Shown: piece after piece, positions 13,115 to 26,945 of the stretch | How the letters are laid out: each line of letters opens with the position of its first letter | How positions within the stretch are numbered: position 1 is the first letter of the stretch | Assembly (NCBI GenBank): GCA_951406725.2 | Contig: OX597829.1 | Span: 3,968,001-4,032,000 of the forward strand | From: Octopus vulgaris | Lineage: Eukaryota | DNA length: 64,000 bases | Reading direction: 5' to 3' | The notes under the pieces: generated by a model | What the model saw: only the letters and a program-made list of their open reading frames with translations | Database searches by the model: none | Told to the model about the DNA's origin: nothing | Position numbers and translations under genes: made by a program

Positions 13115-13562
13115 GTATTTAAATACACGACATCGTTGGGATTTCTGCCGTTTTGCAACCTTCATGTAATATTAATTTCAGTGTGCAAAATTTATGATTA
13201 CATATTTGCAATAATATGCGTACTCCGCATTATACAATACACTTGTATATTCACAAATCAATGCAACTAAAGGAAGCTAACTCAACAGATCACTAGGGCA
13301 TCATGGTTACAACAACTTCAAGTATGCATACAAAATGTTTTCTTTATATATAAGCCCGAAATTAGCTTGGTATGGCCAGTAAAAATATAGACATTTTGTT
13401 TTATATGAATTAAGGTGCTAGATAGAAGTTCGGGGAGTTAACCATGCTTAATATTAACAACAAACAGCAAGGGATAGTAAATATAGAAATATAATAATCA
13501 CAAACATACATACATACAGACTGGTATATATTGCTGGGAGTAAAGATATTCTGTTGAAACAA

Positions 13563-14293
<731 letters not shown>

Positions 14294-16204
14294 AAACATC
14301 GAAAATGCTCTTGTAGCTGAGGAAGAGGCATATTGGTTTCTGCCCAGTAAATACCTGCATTAGACATGTCAATAATGTACAGTGTGTTTTGGTAAACTGT
14401 ATTGTTTATTCATATTTAAAGATTTAGTGCGGTTGAAGCTCTGTGTGTGTGTGTGTGTGTTTACTTGGAGGATTTCCGTTGGTTCGTAAAGGTGTCTGTC
14501 TTTATGCCCTTAACTACCCCGGATACATTTCACAACACTATTTCATTGTTAATATTAGCTTCTCTGCTCCGTTGACTGCGATGAAAGAGTAAGAAACTGG
14601 CTTGGGTTTCAACTATAAGCATTTAGCAGGATTTCAGTTAATCTCTTTGACATTTTAAGAGACGTGAAGAAATGAACAAAGGGATAATAATTTTATGACA
14701 TTTAACCAACCCAACATATTGCATTCGTGATTTTTGTTGAAGTGGCTGCCTGCTGAAACTGATAATAATTTGGTATGACTTCCAAATTTTGGTGTATGTT
14801 ATGTGCCTGTCTGACTGATTTTCTCTTTCTCTCCCACATGTATATATAGTTATATATTTATATATTAATATTTATAAATATATGTTCTTACACACACACA
14901 CATCCGTCTAATTTGATTGAAAATATTTGTAATTCTTTGGGCGGTTTGGTACAAATTTCTACTTGAAAACAATAGGATTGACGTAAAGCTTCGACAGTTT
15001 AATTTAAAATTCGCTGTTTCCTAATATCTACTAAATGTACTAAATGTACATATTTGCATATGTGCAGAACAAGAAAATGGAATATTGTTTGTTTGTTCTT
15101 TGGTTGTTGTTTTTTTTTTGCCTCCTACTTCTTCAATTTCTGTTATATTAGTTTCATTCATTGGTCTACAGCCATTTGGGGGTCACAGTCCAGTGGATGG
15201 GATGAATTATGGTGTCTGTTCTGGTTCTTTGCGTCCTGCTTTTAAATTCCACCTCCTATCCTTGGCATCTATTCTGAGACCCTGCTAATACCGATGGGTC
15301 TCCGCTGCTATATATAGAGTGGTGTTTGACTGGAGTAACATTTCAGTTACATAAACACAAATCCTGCACTGTTGTTGGAATAAATGCAAGGACAAAAAAT
15401 TCATTGGGATACAGCAGTACTGGTAACTATCTCTTTCCCTCTCCCGTCTTACGGTGGTGATTACATTACCCTATGTGAGATTTGAGGGATATTCAACTGC
15501 TGTTTCTTATAGGTCGAGCATTCACTTTGAGGTCTCTACCGGTGGCTCGTATATTTCTTCAAAATCCCAGCAAATTGACGTCTTAATCTGGAATCATGTA
15601 AAGCATTAAACTACCCATTAATAAAAGCTCAACCGTAGATTTGGCTTAAAGACTGATATTTATGACAGCCTCCCTCCAACATATGGATGAGGAGAAGAAG
15701 GAGGGAGGAGAAAGAACTACAGAATTATAAAAATATCGACGGGGAAGAGAGTTTTAGGTTTTTCATCTTGGTGAATTAAGTTATATTAGGAGAGAGGGTG
15801 TGTGTGTATAAACACCTCGAGTAGAATATATTTACATACATTCACATTCCTTCTGAAGGATGACGTATGTGTCGGCGTGAACGAATGTGTATGTATGTGT
15901 GTGTGTATGTGTATATGTACTCTCACAGAGAAGGAATATTCAGTACATGGAGTTCATTGTGTGTGTGTGTGTGTATAAATGTAGGTAAATATGCGTATGT
16001 AGAAGCATAAATGTGTATGTATATATACATCTTTATTCTGACTTTGGGCATTCGGAGTTCAAACCTGCCAGATGGTATCAGCAATTTTAAAAGCCAATGT
16101 AAACAGTTTCCTCGTTTCGATCGGTAGAGGGACTGTTCCACCCACCACACACACACACACACACACATAATCGATGCTGTCCATAAGTCAGGTAGAAAAG
16201 CACA

Positions 16205-16414
16205 AGGCGGTGAGCTGGCAGAAACGCCGGGCGAAATGCGTTGCCGTATTTCGTCTGCCGTTACGTTCTGAGTTCAAATTCCGCCGAGGTCCACTTTGCC
16301 TTTCATCCTATTAAGTACCAGTTACGCACTGGGGTCGATGTACTCGACTTAATACCTATGTCTGTCCTTGTTTGTACCCTATATGTTTAGCCCCTTGTGG
16401 GTAATAAAGAAATA
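16205..16414 (+). mobile_element. SINE family A with 14-bp TSD
   Basis: TSD ggtagaaaagcaca at 16191-16204 and 16415-16428. Confidence 0.92.
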
Positions 16415-18267
16415 GGTAGAAAAGCACAGTCAGTATGAGAAATATACTGGATATGTTTTCATATATTACTAGTTGTGGCATATGTAAGCGGGAAAATTGT
16501 CACCTGCTTCGCGCTGACTTATTGCACCTACGCATATTGGTGACTGTTGAGATATTCTGTCTGGAAGTGCGTAGCCTCTTCTGTCGGCGCGAAACCGACG
16601 GTAGCCTTATGCAATAACCAGCTGTATACTGATCGACGACGTGTGAGTGTATAACAACAGCTTGGGGTCCCTTGCTCCTGATGGGTTTTATCGCGCGCCT
16701 TGGCACCAATCAAAAGTGTTTCTGCGTCCGCACGTTCAGATGAATTGTCATCACGTATGGCTAGTTAACCCACGGCTGGGACCGTAACAGGCGCTACTAC
16801 TCCAGGTCAGAATAGACCTGGAAACAATTATTGCTAAGAGATAGTTCCATACCGCTCAAAACCCTTCAATGAAACGCGCGCACACACACACACCTATGTA
16901 CTTTCATGCATTTTATATATCCATATGTATATGCATACATAAATACATTATAAATATTCTATCTCATATTATTTGCTGTTTGCTCTGTCTTGGGAGAAAA
17001 TTATTCATATTTTCGTGTCAAAAATCATTTCTAAGAATTATTTACTTCTAATGGCAATGCTGGTCAAAAATATTGCGACATCCATCAATTCTCTTGAAGA
17101 ATTCACTTGTTTCGCGTTCATGTTACCATTTTCAGTATAAACCAATTTCATCTCATTTATGGCGTTAAGTCTTAATTCTAATTTCTTTTGTTACCCACTT
17201 CGACATTCCAGGTTTTAACTTTTTCCCTTTAATTAATCTTTATAATGGTTGTTTCTGTCATTGAACTGCGGCCATGCTGTGACAATGCATTTAATGTATT
17301 AAGTCTCCCTCTCACCCCGACCTCTTCCACTAATATTTATTTTATACCTCGAAACGCATAAAAAGTAGAGTGAGTATGAGCGGAATTTTCTATCCAGAAA
17401 AGCAAGAAGGACGTAATTAAATACCAAGAGGTATTTTAGTCTAAAGATCTACTGATTCCCCCCCCCCCCCGATTTTTCACCAACCGCGTTTAAATTATTC
17501 CCGAATCATCATCATCATAATCATCATTCTTATATCGATTTTCCTTTCACTTTCCCCCCCTCTCTCTCTCTCTCTCCCCACTACTCTTTTGCTTCTCTCT
17601 TTATTGTTTATTCCGTTTCATACCCAACTAATTCTTCTCTTCCTTTTCCCTATCTCTCCAATCTCTCTTTCTCTCGCTTCTTCCTTCCTCTCCTCCTCCT
17701 CCTCACTCTCTTGCTTCTTTCCTTCCTCTACTCATCCTCCTCCTCTCCCTATTTGCTAAAAACTACACCTTAAACTCCACCCAACAATAACAATAACAAA
17801 GCGGAAAATAAGAAGAAAAGAACAAAAATAAAACGTCGCTTTGTGTAAAATTGGCAATGGCAGCAGAAAAGGAATTCTTCGAGTGTCCATTTTGAGAAAG
17901 GTGGGTGCGAGACTGTATGGCGACATGATATATGCAGTTAAATTCTTACGTACGAAGATCGTTTCAACGGAAATGGTAAAGTGTCATTTGGTGTATGTCT
18001 TGGAAGAATAATTATACGTTCAATGTCCCATCTTCATACACCTCACGTTCTTTTGGGCAAAAATATTTTCCAGTCGTGTTCTTTTCTTTTTTTTTTTTCA
18101 TTTTCTTATGCCTCTTAGCTTTCTAAATCGCCAGATCTCAACAAATGTAGAGTTAAAATTGTTAGATAAGGTTAGTGTCAACATATTTAATACAGTTAGT
18201 ATTTAAAAACTAACTGGAAGTAATCATATGCCTCAGAACTTCCCTAATCTAGACACCAATATTTTAT

Positions 18268-18500
18268 CTGTTTCTTTATTACCCACAAGGGGCTAAACAC
18301 AGAGGGGACAAACAAAGACAGACAAAGGGATTAAGTCGATTACATCGACCCCAGTGCGTAACTGGTACTTAATTTATCGACCCCGAAAGGATGAAAGGCA
18401 AAGCCGACCTCGGTGGAATTTGAACTCAGAACGTAACGGCTGACGAAATACGGCTACGCATTTCGTCCGGCGTGCTAACGATTCTACCAACTCGCCGCCT
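18268..18500 (-). mobile_element. SINE family A, full-length
   Basis: Reverse complement of the family A consensus. Confidence 0.92.
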
Positions 18501-19352
18501 TTTATTTATCATTGCCGAAACCTAATTACGTCCCTGATTAGAAAACTTAATTACTTCCCTATGTAGAAAAGCAAACAATACCAAAGTAAGCGATGCCCAC
18601 AGACTATGAATCCACAAACAGTTTCCACTTTACAAGAATAAAGGACGACCCCAGAATAACTTGACTAAGATATAACAAATTAATTATCGAACAAAGCAAA
18701 TGTGCCTCACCATGCACAAATGGATATCACTATAGTTTCAATACCTGGAGGCAGTACCATTCAATCCGGCGGTGTTCACAGTGTTAAAAATGCTGCACGG
18801 GAATGGTATGACAAATAAGTTAGTGTTAACATATTTAATGCAGAGAAATAGTTTTGTGGTGAAATTAAACAATATTAGCCATTAACTAATATTATTTTGT
18901 TTATATCGTCAAGTAGGGAAAACAAAATTTAGAAGCGTATCACTCCTTTGTACCCCGTCAACGAAACATGTTGAATGCGTGGGATACGCGAAATATCGTT
19001 TTTGCTAGCCATATTGCTGTGGAATTATGGAAAACATCCGATCCTAACGCGTGATCATCATTATCAGTAGGTGGTTACTACACAACGTTTAATGAAGCTT
19101 GTTGAACTGAACTCGGTAGGCGATGGATTCAGGGAAGTGATGCGGTTGTCAAGATAGATTTTTCTGCTATGACAACTTAGTAATGCATGAATAAACAGTT
19201 GAAGATACAGAAGCACCATTCCTCTCATTTTGTTGGGGTGAAAACATACAAACAACGTCCAGAAACTCTACATCATCCAAAACCCCCAAAAGTCTAATTA
19301 AGCATCATGAGAAATGGATTACCAGAACACTCCACAGATCTGTATGGATTTA

Positions 19353-19563
19353 CAGCAATCCTTCGACTATGGCGGGTGTTATGTTCCAAAACCTTCTATA
19401 GAAATAATTAAAATCTAAAAAAAATATAAATACCTATCAACCACAGAGACTCGCGATATACTGAGGAGTCCACGATATAAATTTACATATATTAGCCAGA
19501 AAAAAAAATCCGCGATGTACTGAGTGTGCGATAGGTGAACCGTGATATGGCGAGGAATTACGG
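19353..19563. mobile_element. Tigger/pogo-like (Tc1/mariner) MITE, degenerate
   Basis: TA|cagcaatccttcgactatggcgg ... ccgtgatatggcgaggaattacgg|TA: imperfect ~24-bp TIRs starting CAG, with TA TSD. Confidence 0.55.
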
Positions 19564-20964
19564 TAATACGCGAAGTGGCCACCCATTACCACCATCTTTA
19601 AGAACTTCATAAATCTCGAATCCAACTTTATCGGTTACATTTTTAAAAAATGTCTCAGTGCGAACTCTTTCCAAAATACTCTGAGTAATGGCACGAAGTT
19701 CTTTAAACAATTTCAAAATATTAACTGGTGTCGAATTGACAGAAGCTTTACATTGTCGGATGAAATACCTTGCGATATTTTTATTCTAGACTTTTGCATT
19801 CTCGATTCAATTTCTGCCAAAGTCAATTTCATTTTTCATCTTTTCTGAGGATGATGAAGAGGCTAGCTTATATCGGTGGACTAGTGGAATCATTAAGGGC
19901 GTCGGGAGAGATACCGTTTGATGTTTCTGTTCATTGCTTTCTGAGTTCAAACTTCGCCGTGATCGGTTAAACACCACCACCACCTTATCCTTGGGTGCCT
20001 CTAACAGAATCCACGGTCGCAGGCATTTGGACCCACACCACTAGTTTGATGTTACTTTTCTCTCCCTCTCTTTCTCTCGAACTAAATTCTCTAATTCCTA
20101 AAAAATTAAATTACTATATGCCGTCTTAACCCCATAAATATTGGAAACGGAAGAACTAGCTTCCCAACTAAAATTTAAAAACTATCCTGCCAAAACAGTC
20201 ACAGAAGTCTGGTGCAGGTTTCTGCTGGTCTTGTCAAACCTATTTCTTTATTACCCACATGCTAGCATGGAAGGCAGACGTTAAACGATGATGATGATGA
20301 TGAACTAACTGCTTTGTCATGTACAAAGCTTAAGAGTTGCAAATGCTAATTCCTCAATCACCTAAACACAGATTACTTGGGAAACGCATTTTCGACGCAA
20401 TTATTTTCTAAAATTAGGAGCACCACGAGATTAGATCAATGGAAATATTCCACTATCATGCAGTTTCGTTGCATCAAGAACAAAACTTTCTGCAGATTCA
20501 CCAAATTCTGCATTAATGGTTTTCGCCTATCTACCTCTAAATCCTTTCTCCTGAAAGTGCTGTTCTTTGGGATGGGCTTCGCCACAGCTAGGGACCTAGA
20601 CACCAAGCTAATAACGATTGCAACATAATCACTTATATCATCGATTCTTGGTAAAAAAATATGTATAATCTTTAATTGGACGTGTCCGGGGGGGGGTGGG
20701 TTATGGATATGTATCTGTTTTCCTTTGGCACTTTTATGAACCACCCCGTCCACCATAGCTACAGATTATATAATGATAATGACTTATTTGTTTAGAATAG
20801 AGGTTCTAAACACTTTTAACAGGACCGATTTCCATCACAACCACAAATAGAAGTGGCTTTAGCGAGAGGACTGTACAACCAATCTTTTCGACGGGCTTCC
20901 TTACATTTTCCGTCCACCCAATATCATTCACAGCATTGAAAATAAATAAATCTGCATTGTTCGC

Positions 20965-21328
20965 AGGCGTGGCTATGTGGTAAGAAGCTTGCTTCCTAAC
21001 TACATGGTTCCAGGTTCAATCCCCCTGCGTGACACCTTGAGCAAGTGCCTTCTATGACACCCGATTTTGTGAGTGTATTTAGAAGACGGAAACTGAAAGA
21101 AGCCCGTCGTATATGCATGTGTGTGTGTGTGTGTGTGTCTTCCTCCCACTGCTTGACAACTGGTGTTAGTGTGTTTACGTCCCCGTAGCTTAGCGATTTG
21201 GCAAAAGAGACCGATAGTACAAGTACTAGGCTTTAAAAAAAGAGTCCCGGAGTCGATTTGCTCAAAACACAAGTGCCCTGGCATGGCCGCCGTCAAACGA
21301 CTGAAACGAGTAAGAAAAATAAAAAGAT
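20965..21328 (+). mobile_element. SINE family B
   Basis: ggcgtggctatgtggtaagaagcttgc...gactgaaacgagtaagaaaa. Confidence 0.88.
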
Positions 21329-21339
21329 TAAAAAAAAAA

Positions 21340-21522
21340 TGTGCTGAAGTTACACATGAACATTTGCAGTGTGGATGCTGAGGGGCTAGCACGGGACCGC
21401 CAGCGATGGAGAGCGCTGATGGACTTAGTCGGTTGTATGCACAATGACGTCTCTTGGATCACTAACCTGGAATGACCCCAGACCCATCAAGCAAGAGCAT
21501 GAAGCCAAGAAGCCAGTCAGTA
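21340..21522 (+). mobile_element. 3' end of an RTE-clade LINE
   Basis: Translation DAEGLARDRQRWRALMDLVG...NLE* carries the AxDRxxWR C-terminal motif typical of RTE ORF2. Confidence 0.55.
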
Positions 21523-21596
21523 AAACTTGTTGGTTGCTGCAAAAGATTGTCAAAACCTCAGCTTCAATCTGAGCTGAACGGTATTAAAATTAAAAA

Positions 21597-22196
21597 GGCG
21601 GCGAGCTGGCAGAAACGTTAGCACGCCGGGCGAAATGCTGACCGGTATTTCGTCTACTGCTACGTTCTGAGTTCAAATTCCGCCGAGGTCCACTTTGCCT
21701 TTCATCCTTCCGGGGTCGATAAATTAAGTACCAGTTACGCACTGGGGGTCGATATAATGGACTTAATCCTTTTGTCTGTCCTTGTTTGTCCCCTCTGTGT
21801 TTAGCCCCTTGTGGGTAGTAAAGAAATAGGTATTTCGTCTGCCGTTACGTTCTGAGTTCAAATTCCGTCAAGGTCGACTTTGCCTTTCATCCCTTCAGGC
21901 TCAATTAAATAAGTACCAGTTATGCACTGGGGTCGATGTAATCAACTTAATCCGTTTGTCTGTCCTTGTTTGTCCCCTCTGTGTTTAGCCCCTTGTGGGT
22001 AGTAAAGAAATAGGTATTTCGTCTGCCGTTACGTTCTGAGTTCAAATTCCGTCGAGGTCGACTTTGCCTTTCATCCCTTCAGGCTCAATTAAATAAGTAC
22101 CAGTTATGTACTGGAGTCGATGTAATCGACTTAATCCCTTTGTCTGTCCTTGTTTGTCCTCTCTGTGTTTAGCCCCTTGTGGGTAGTAAATAAATA
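21597..22196 (+). mobile_element. SINE family A trimer (one full copy plus two 184-bp headless units)
   Basis: Units 21597-21828, 21829-22012, 22013-22196; TSD ggtattaaaatt at 21580-21591 and 22197-22208. Confidence 0.93.
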
Positions 22197-23013
22197 GGTA
22201 TTAAAATTCTTTTAATAAATAGGACATTTGTTTTATATTTAAATCTTGTAAATTTGACAATCAATAAATTCAGAGTTTGATTCAATGTATTTACTTATCA
22301 GTTTTACTGTTATGCTGCAAACTACAACAGCGGTTGATGGTGAAAATCATAACACTTGCTCCACCCCATTTCACACCCTCGCTCTTGGTCCGCCGAGAGC
22401 CCTTCCTCACCGTTTATTGGTGCGTTTACTGTATAGTCATTTCTCTCCACCTCTCTCTCTCTCCCTCTCCATCTCATCGTCTTCTTATATTTGCTTTATT
22501 TTTTGTTTGGTTTATCTAACAAACCAAAAAGAAAACCTAAGCAAAATCCACAAAACAAAGCACATTTAACAAAGACAGTAACCAAAAGCTCTTACTATAC
22601 CAGACTATTACTGTTGTACTTACTACACACTCGCACACGTTTCTGTTGTAAAGGTAACTATTGTAAGGAGTTTTATAAATACTTATAATGTATTTATCCT
22701 CTTGTATATAAAAAATACTGCGGTTGGTAGCGTAGACCAACTCTCCCGTAGCCTAATGCCTGAATCAACAACCGTATTTCCTAACGCACACATACACACA
22801 TCTGTGTATACATCTGCGTATACATAATATGTATGCAATTCCACAGACGTATCTACCCTGTTCTGACACTTGACTTTGCTACTTAGCAAATTGTTTGTTT
22901 TGTTTCGACAAGGTCCTTTGTCAAATAAACACTACTTTTCACACATACACACCTCTTTCTCGCTCGCTCCTCTATATTTGCTTTCTCTATCTCTCTAATC
23001 CATCTGTCTTTTA

Positions 23014-23067
<54 letters not shown>

Positions 23068-23203
23068 TAAATATGCAATAATTTATGTATCCTTATTTGT
23101 CACTTGAGTCGAGGTGGATTTCTTTTGAAGTTCTGACGTGTGTGAATTGCATACGTATGTGTAAATGCATGTATCAATGTGTGTGTGTGTGTGAATGCGT
23201 GTG

Positions 23204-23243
<40 letters not shown>

Positions 23244-23985
23244 GCGCGCGTCTTCCCTCCATCGCTTGATAACTTGGTATCTGTTTAATACACCGTTAGA
23301 ATAAGTAACAAGGCTTTTAAAAATATCGATTTGTTTGACTAAACCCTTCGAGGTGATTCCCCCAGTACAGCCACAGTCCATTGACTGACTTGAGGTATGT
23401 GATATTCAACTGCCAAGTAATCACGTCTCGTATTTAGTTAGTATTATTTATTTGCAAGTTATATAACTTCTCGTCTATTTCTGCGAAACAGCAATTGAGG
23501 CAAAAGAATTTAAGTAAAAATATTCAAAAATAGCCAAGATATGTTGAATTAAAGTGATGGCACCTTTCAGGAATCGTTTCGTTTCTTCAGAATTTCGAAA
23601 AATTCCAAGAACGATTTATTAAGTGCCGTCATCTGAATAAACATGTATGTAATTATGTGTAGGTGTGTTAGTGTATGCGCACACACAAACACGCACGTAA
23701 ATCACGCAATCAGACGTTCGAATTTAATTGTATACACACTGGTAAAGTATTGGACACGGAAAAGCCACGCCGCAAATTTTTAAGCTCTTGATGTCGTTAA
23801 AAGCAGCTCTACATGTAACCGTACTTATAGCATTGTAACTGTGTTCTATTTTTAGTAGCGGCTGTTTCTACTCCAACCCCACCACAGTCTGTGAGTGAAC
23901 TTGCACGTGCGTGTGTGTTTGAGAGAGAGAGGGGAAAGAGGGAGAGGGAGAGAATTTACTTTGGTACAACGTACATACTGATATA

Positions 23986-24214
23986 TATTTCTTTATTGCC
24001 CACAAGGGGCTAAACACAGAGGGGACAAACAAGGACAGACAAAGGGATTAAGTCGATTATATCGACCGCAGTGCGTAACTGGTACTTAATTTATCGATTC
24101 CCGAAAGGATGAAAGGCAAAGTCGACCTCGGCGGAATTTGAACTCAGAACGTAACGGCGGACGAAATACCGGTCAGCATTTCGCCCGGCGTGCTAACGTT
24201 TCTGCCAGCTCGCC
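23986..24214 (-). mobile_element. SINE family A, full-length, young
   Basis: CpG-intact reverse-complement copy. Confidence 0.92.
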
Positions 24215-24559
24215 GATATAAGAATACAAGTGTGTGTACGCGGAGGTTTGCAGTTAAGAAGTTGTTTGCAGTTTGTTCTTCCACTGCTTGGTTCCTTGGG
24301 TAGGTCTTTTTCCGTTGTAGCCCCAGATCGATCCAAAATGCCTTATGAATAATGGATCTAATAGGTGAAATTGAAACCCATTATAAATGTGTGTGAGAGA
24401 GAGAGAGAGAGAGAATGTTTACGAAATTATGCTGTAGTGGTTTCATTGACATTTCCTGTTGTCAATGGATTGTTCGTTAGTTCAGTGCTTTCCAATTCCG
24501 CTGCAATAACAACAACAAAAATTTTCTTACTTTATAAACAAATAAAAGATTGGCAAAGG

Positions 24560-24972
24560 GAAGAGCACGTGGAAAGAAGCTTGCTTCCCAACCTCATGGT
24601 TCCGGGTTCAGTCCCTTTGCGTGGCACTTTGGGCAAGTGACTTCTGCTATAGCCCCGATGGATTTGGTACACGGAAACTGAAAGAAGCCCATCGTGTATA
24701 TTGTTTGTGTGGTCGCGCGCGCGCCTATATATATATGCGCCTGAGTTTGTTTCCCCCCACCTCCACCACCACCACTGCTTCACAACCGTTGTTGGTTTGT
24801 TTATGTCCCTGTAACCTAGAGGCTCGGCGGAAAGAAGCCGTTAAAGTGTCGGCTTTATAACAAGAAAGAAAAAAAGGAAGAAAAAAGAAAACCATGTGCT
24901 GGGGGTCGATTTGTTCGATTAAACTCTTCTAGGCGCTGTCACAGAATGGCCGCAGTCCAATGACTAAAACAA
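24560..24972 (+). mobile_element. SINE family B, diverged (another partial at 23225-23388)
   Basis: catggttccgggttcagtccc...ggaaactgaaagaagccc...ggccgcagtccaatgactaaaac. Confidence 0.85.
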
Positions 24973-25146
24973 TACCTTACCACAAATTCATGGAGGAGTG
25001 AAGTGTTTCGATTATTGAACTCATTGATTTATCTCATTAATATATCTCCCCGTCGACAAATTCAGCTGACAAAGTAGAGATCGATGACCAAATACTCCTG
25101 CTGCAAAGAAACTCTTCTATTATTATGTATTATTATTAGTAATAAT

Positions 25147-25305
25147 GGAGTGGCTGTGTGGTAAGTAGCTTGCTAACCAACCACATGGTTCCGGGTTCAG
25201 TCCCACTGCGTGGCATCTTGGGCAAGTGTCTTCTGCTATAGCTCCGGGCCGACCAATGCCTTGTGAGTGGATTTGGTAGACGGAAACTGAAAGAAGCCCG
25301 TCGTA

Positions 25306-25342
<37 letters not shown>

Positions 25343-25526
25343 TTGTGTTTGTCCCCCTAGCATTACTTGACAACCGATGCTGGTGTGTTTACGTCCTCGC
25401 CACTTAGCGGTTCGACAAAAAGAGACCGATAGAATAAGTACTGGGCTTACAAAGAATTGATCGACTAAAGGCGGTGCTCCAGCATGACCGCAGTCAAATG
25501 ACTGAAACAAGTAAAAGACAGAGAGT
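25147..25526 (+). mobile_element. SINE family B, full-length, young
   Basis: ggagtggctgtgtggtaag (A-box-like), gggttcagtccc (B-box-like), internal (TA)n, tail gactgaaacaagtaaaagacagagagt. Confidence 0.93.
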
Positions 25527-25616
25527 ATCCGCTGACGACCTCTTTGTTTTCCAAAGACAAGCCAGATGTGATATACGTCTTATCTAGCTCGGAAGTATGT
25601 GATTTGAAGACAATTT

Positions 25617-25871
25617 GGTACTACTTGAGAACAGTGGTCCCAGTGCGCGCACTCGCTCATCCGCGCTAGCTAGTCGTGACTAGTCGATCCTACAACGACT
25701 ACATAGCAAAGTAAATAAAACACAAAATAAATAATTTTTGATAAACAAAGTAAATTTTTGTTAAACAAAGTAAATAAAACACAAAGTAAGGATCGACTAG
25801 TCATGACTAGCTAGCGTGGATGCGCGAGTACAGTAGTGCGCGCACCGGGACCACTGTTCTCAAGTAGTACC
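25617..25871. mobile_element. MITE with ~75-83-bp TIRs and perfect 8-bp TSD; Merlin-like termini
   Basis: TSD gacaattt at 25609-25616 and 25872-25879; TIRs ggtactacttgagaacagtggtccc...gactagtcgatcct (25617-25691 / 25789-25871). Confidence 0.9.
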
Positions 25872-26239
25872 GACAATTTAGTTATTCCTTGCAAACTGAG
25901 TGACTATTTGTCGTTGGATCGCCTTTTGAGGGATTTGATGAACTCATTGTAAAAATCGAAAGAAAAAAAAGGAAAACAGTTAACCTTACATGCATACTAC
26001 TAATAAGGGAGCTTGTATCTGAATTACTCGGTGTGCTAGAGTTAACAACAAAATCTCTTTCAAATCACAACTTACGTCTTGAAAAGGCAGAGAACACATT
26101 AGAAAATGTAGTCCCAGATATACTTTGATTATAAAGTATGCTTCCATCTTGCTTGCCTTGCAGCTAAATCACCCACTGCGACCATTACCACCGCCTCAAG
26201 GCATTTTGCCCCGTGTCCTGCCAAAATCTGACATAAATA

Positions 26240-26277
<38 letters not shown>

Positions 26278-26515
26278 ACTCCGGCACGCACACGCGTGAT
26301 ATGGAATAAGGAGGCATTGAGAAGAAAGGAAAAACCGATCGTGTTCTGTGGAATTATCCGCTGCGACTGTCAACCCTATTTTACCTTATTTTACCTTGTC
26401 AGCCACCGTTAATAGGGGATCGAGAGCCTTATTTATTTATTTATTTATATGAGATGAGTTTTCTTAAGATTACGTTTATGAATTTATTTTGCAAGACTAC
26501 TGATGTGAAAACAGA

Positions 26516-26536
26516 TATTGCTATATTTCGGGACGG

Positions 26537-26589
<53 letters not shown>

Positions 26590-26825
26590 ATTTGTTTCCA
26601 ATTAATCACACACGCACTGTATACTAGCTGCTCTTCACTTCAGCTTTATTATTATTATCATCATTATTATAGCAACTTTGTGTGAAATCTTTCGTCACAC
26701 GGCCTGTGGACCTCTTCAGCGACAATTTATCTCACTGACAGAATGGACTGAACAGAACGTGAGATGGAATGTCGTTGAAGAGGTCACAGGATGTGTGACG
26801 AAAGGTTTCATGCAAAGGACACTGA

Positions 26826-26872
<47 letters not shown>

Positions 26873-26945
26873 TAAAGCTGAAGTGAAAACTAAGTATATA
26901 GTGGTTAATTGGCAAAAAGTATGACCATCCGCAAATATAACAATA
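26516..26945. mobile_element. Large fold-back element; each arm carries a hammerhead-like core
   Basis: Arms match across attgctatattt..gg.tgg.cata, ttcacttcagctttatt, and ctttg..tgaaa.ctttcgtcacac..cctgtg.acctcttca.cgaca...atctcac. Confidence 0.85.

Noticed and set aside
14295-14345. ctgagga motif as hammerhead (also 9700-9735 minus, 3620-3641 minus, 54865-54897 minus, 10210-10250)
   Set aside because: No properly placed GAAA with stems I/II.
21597-22196. Repeat array as CRISPR or satellite
   Set aside because: No unique spacers; the units are SINE bodies.
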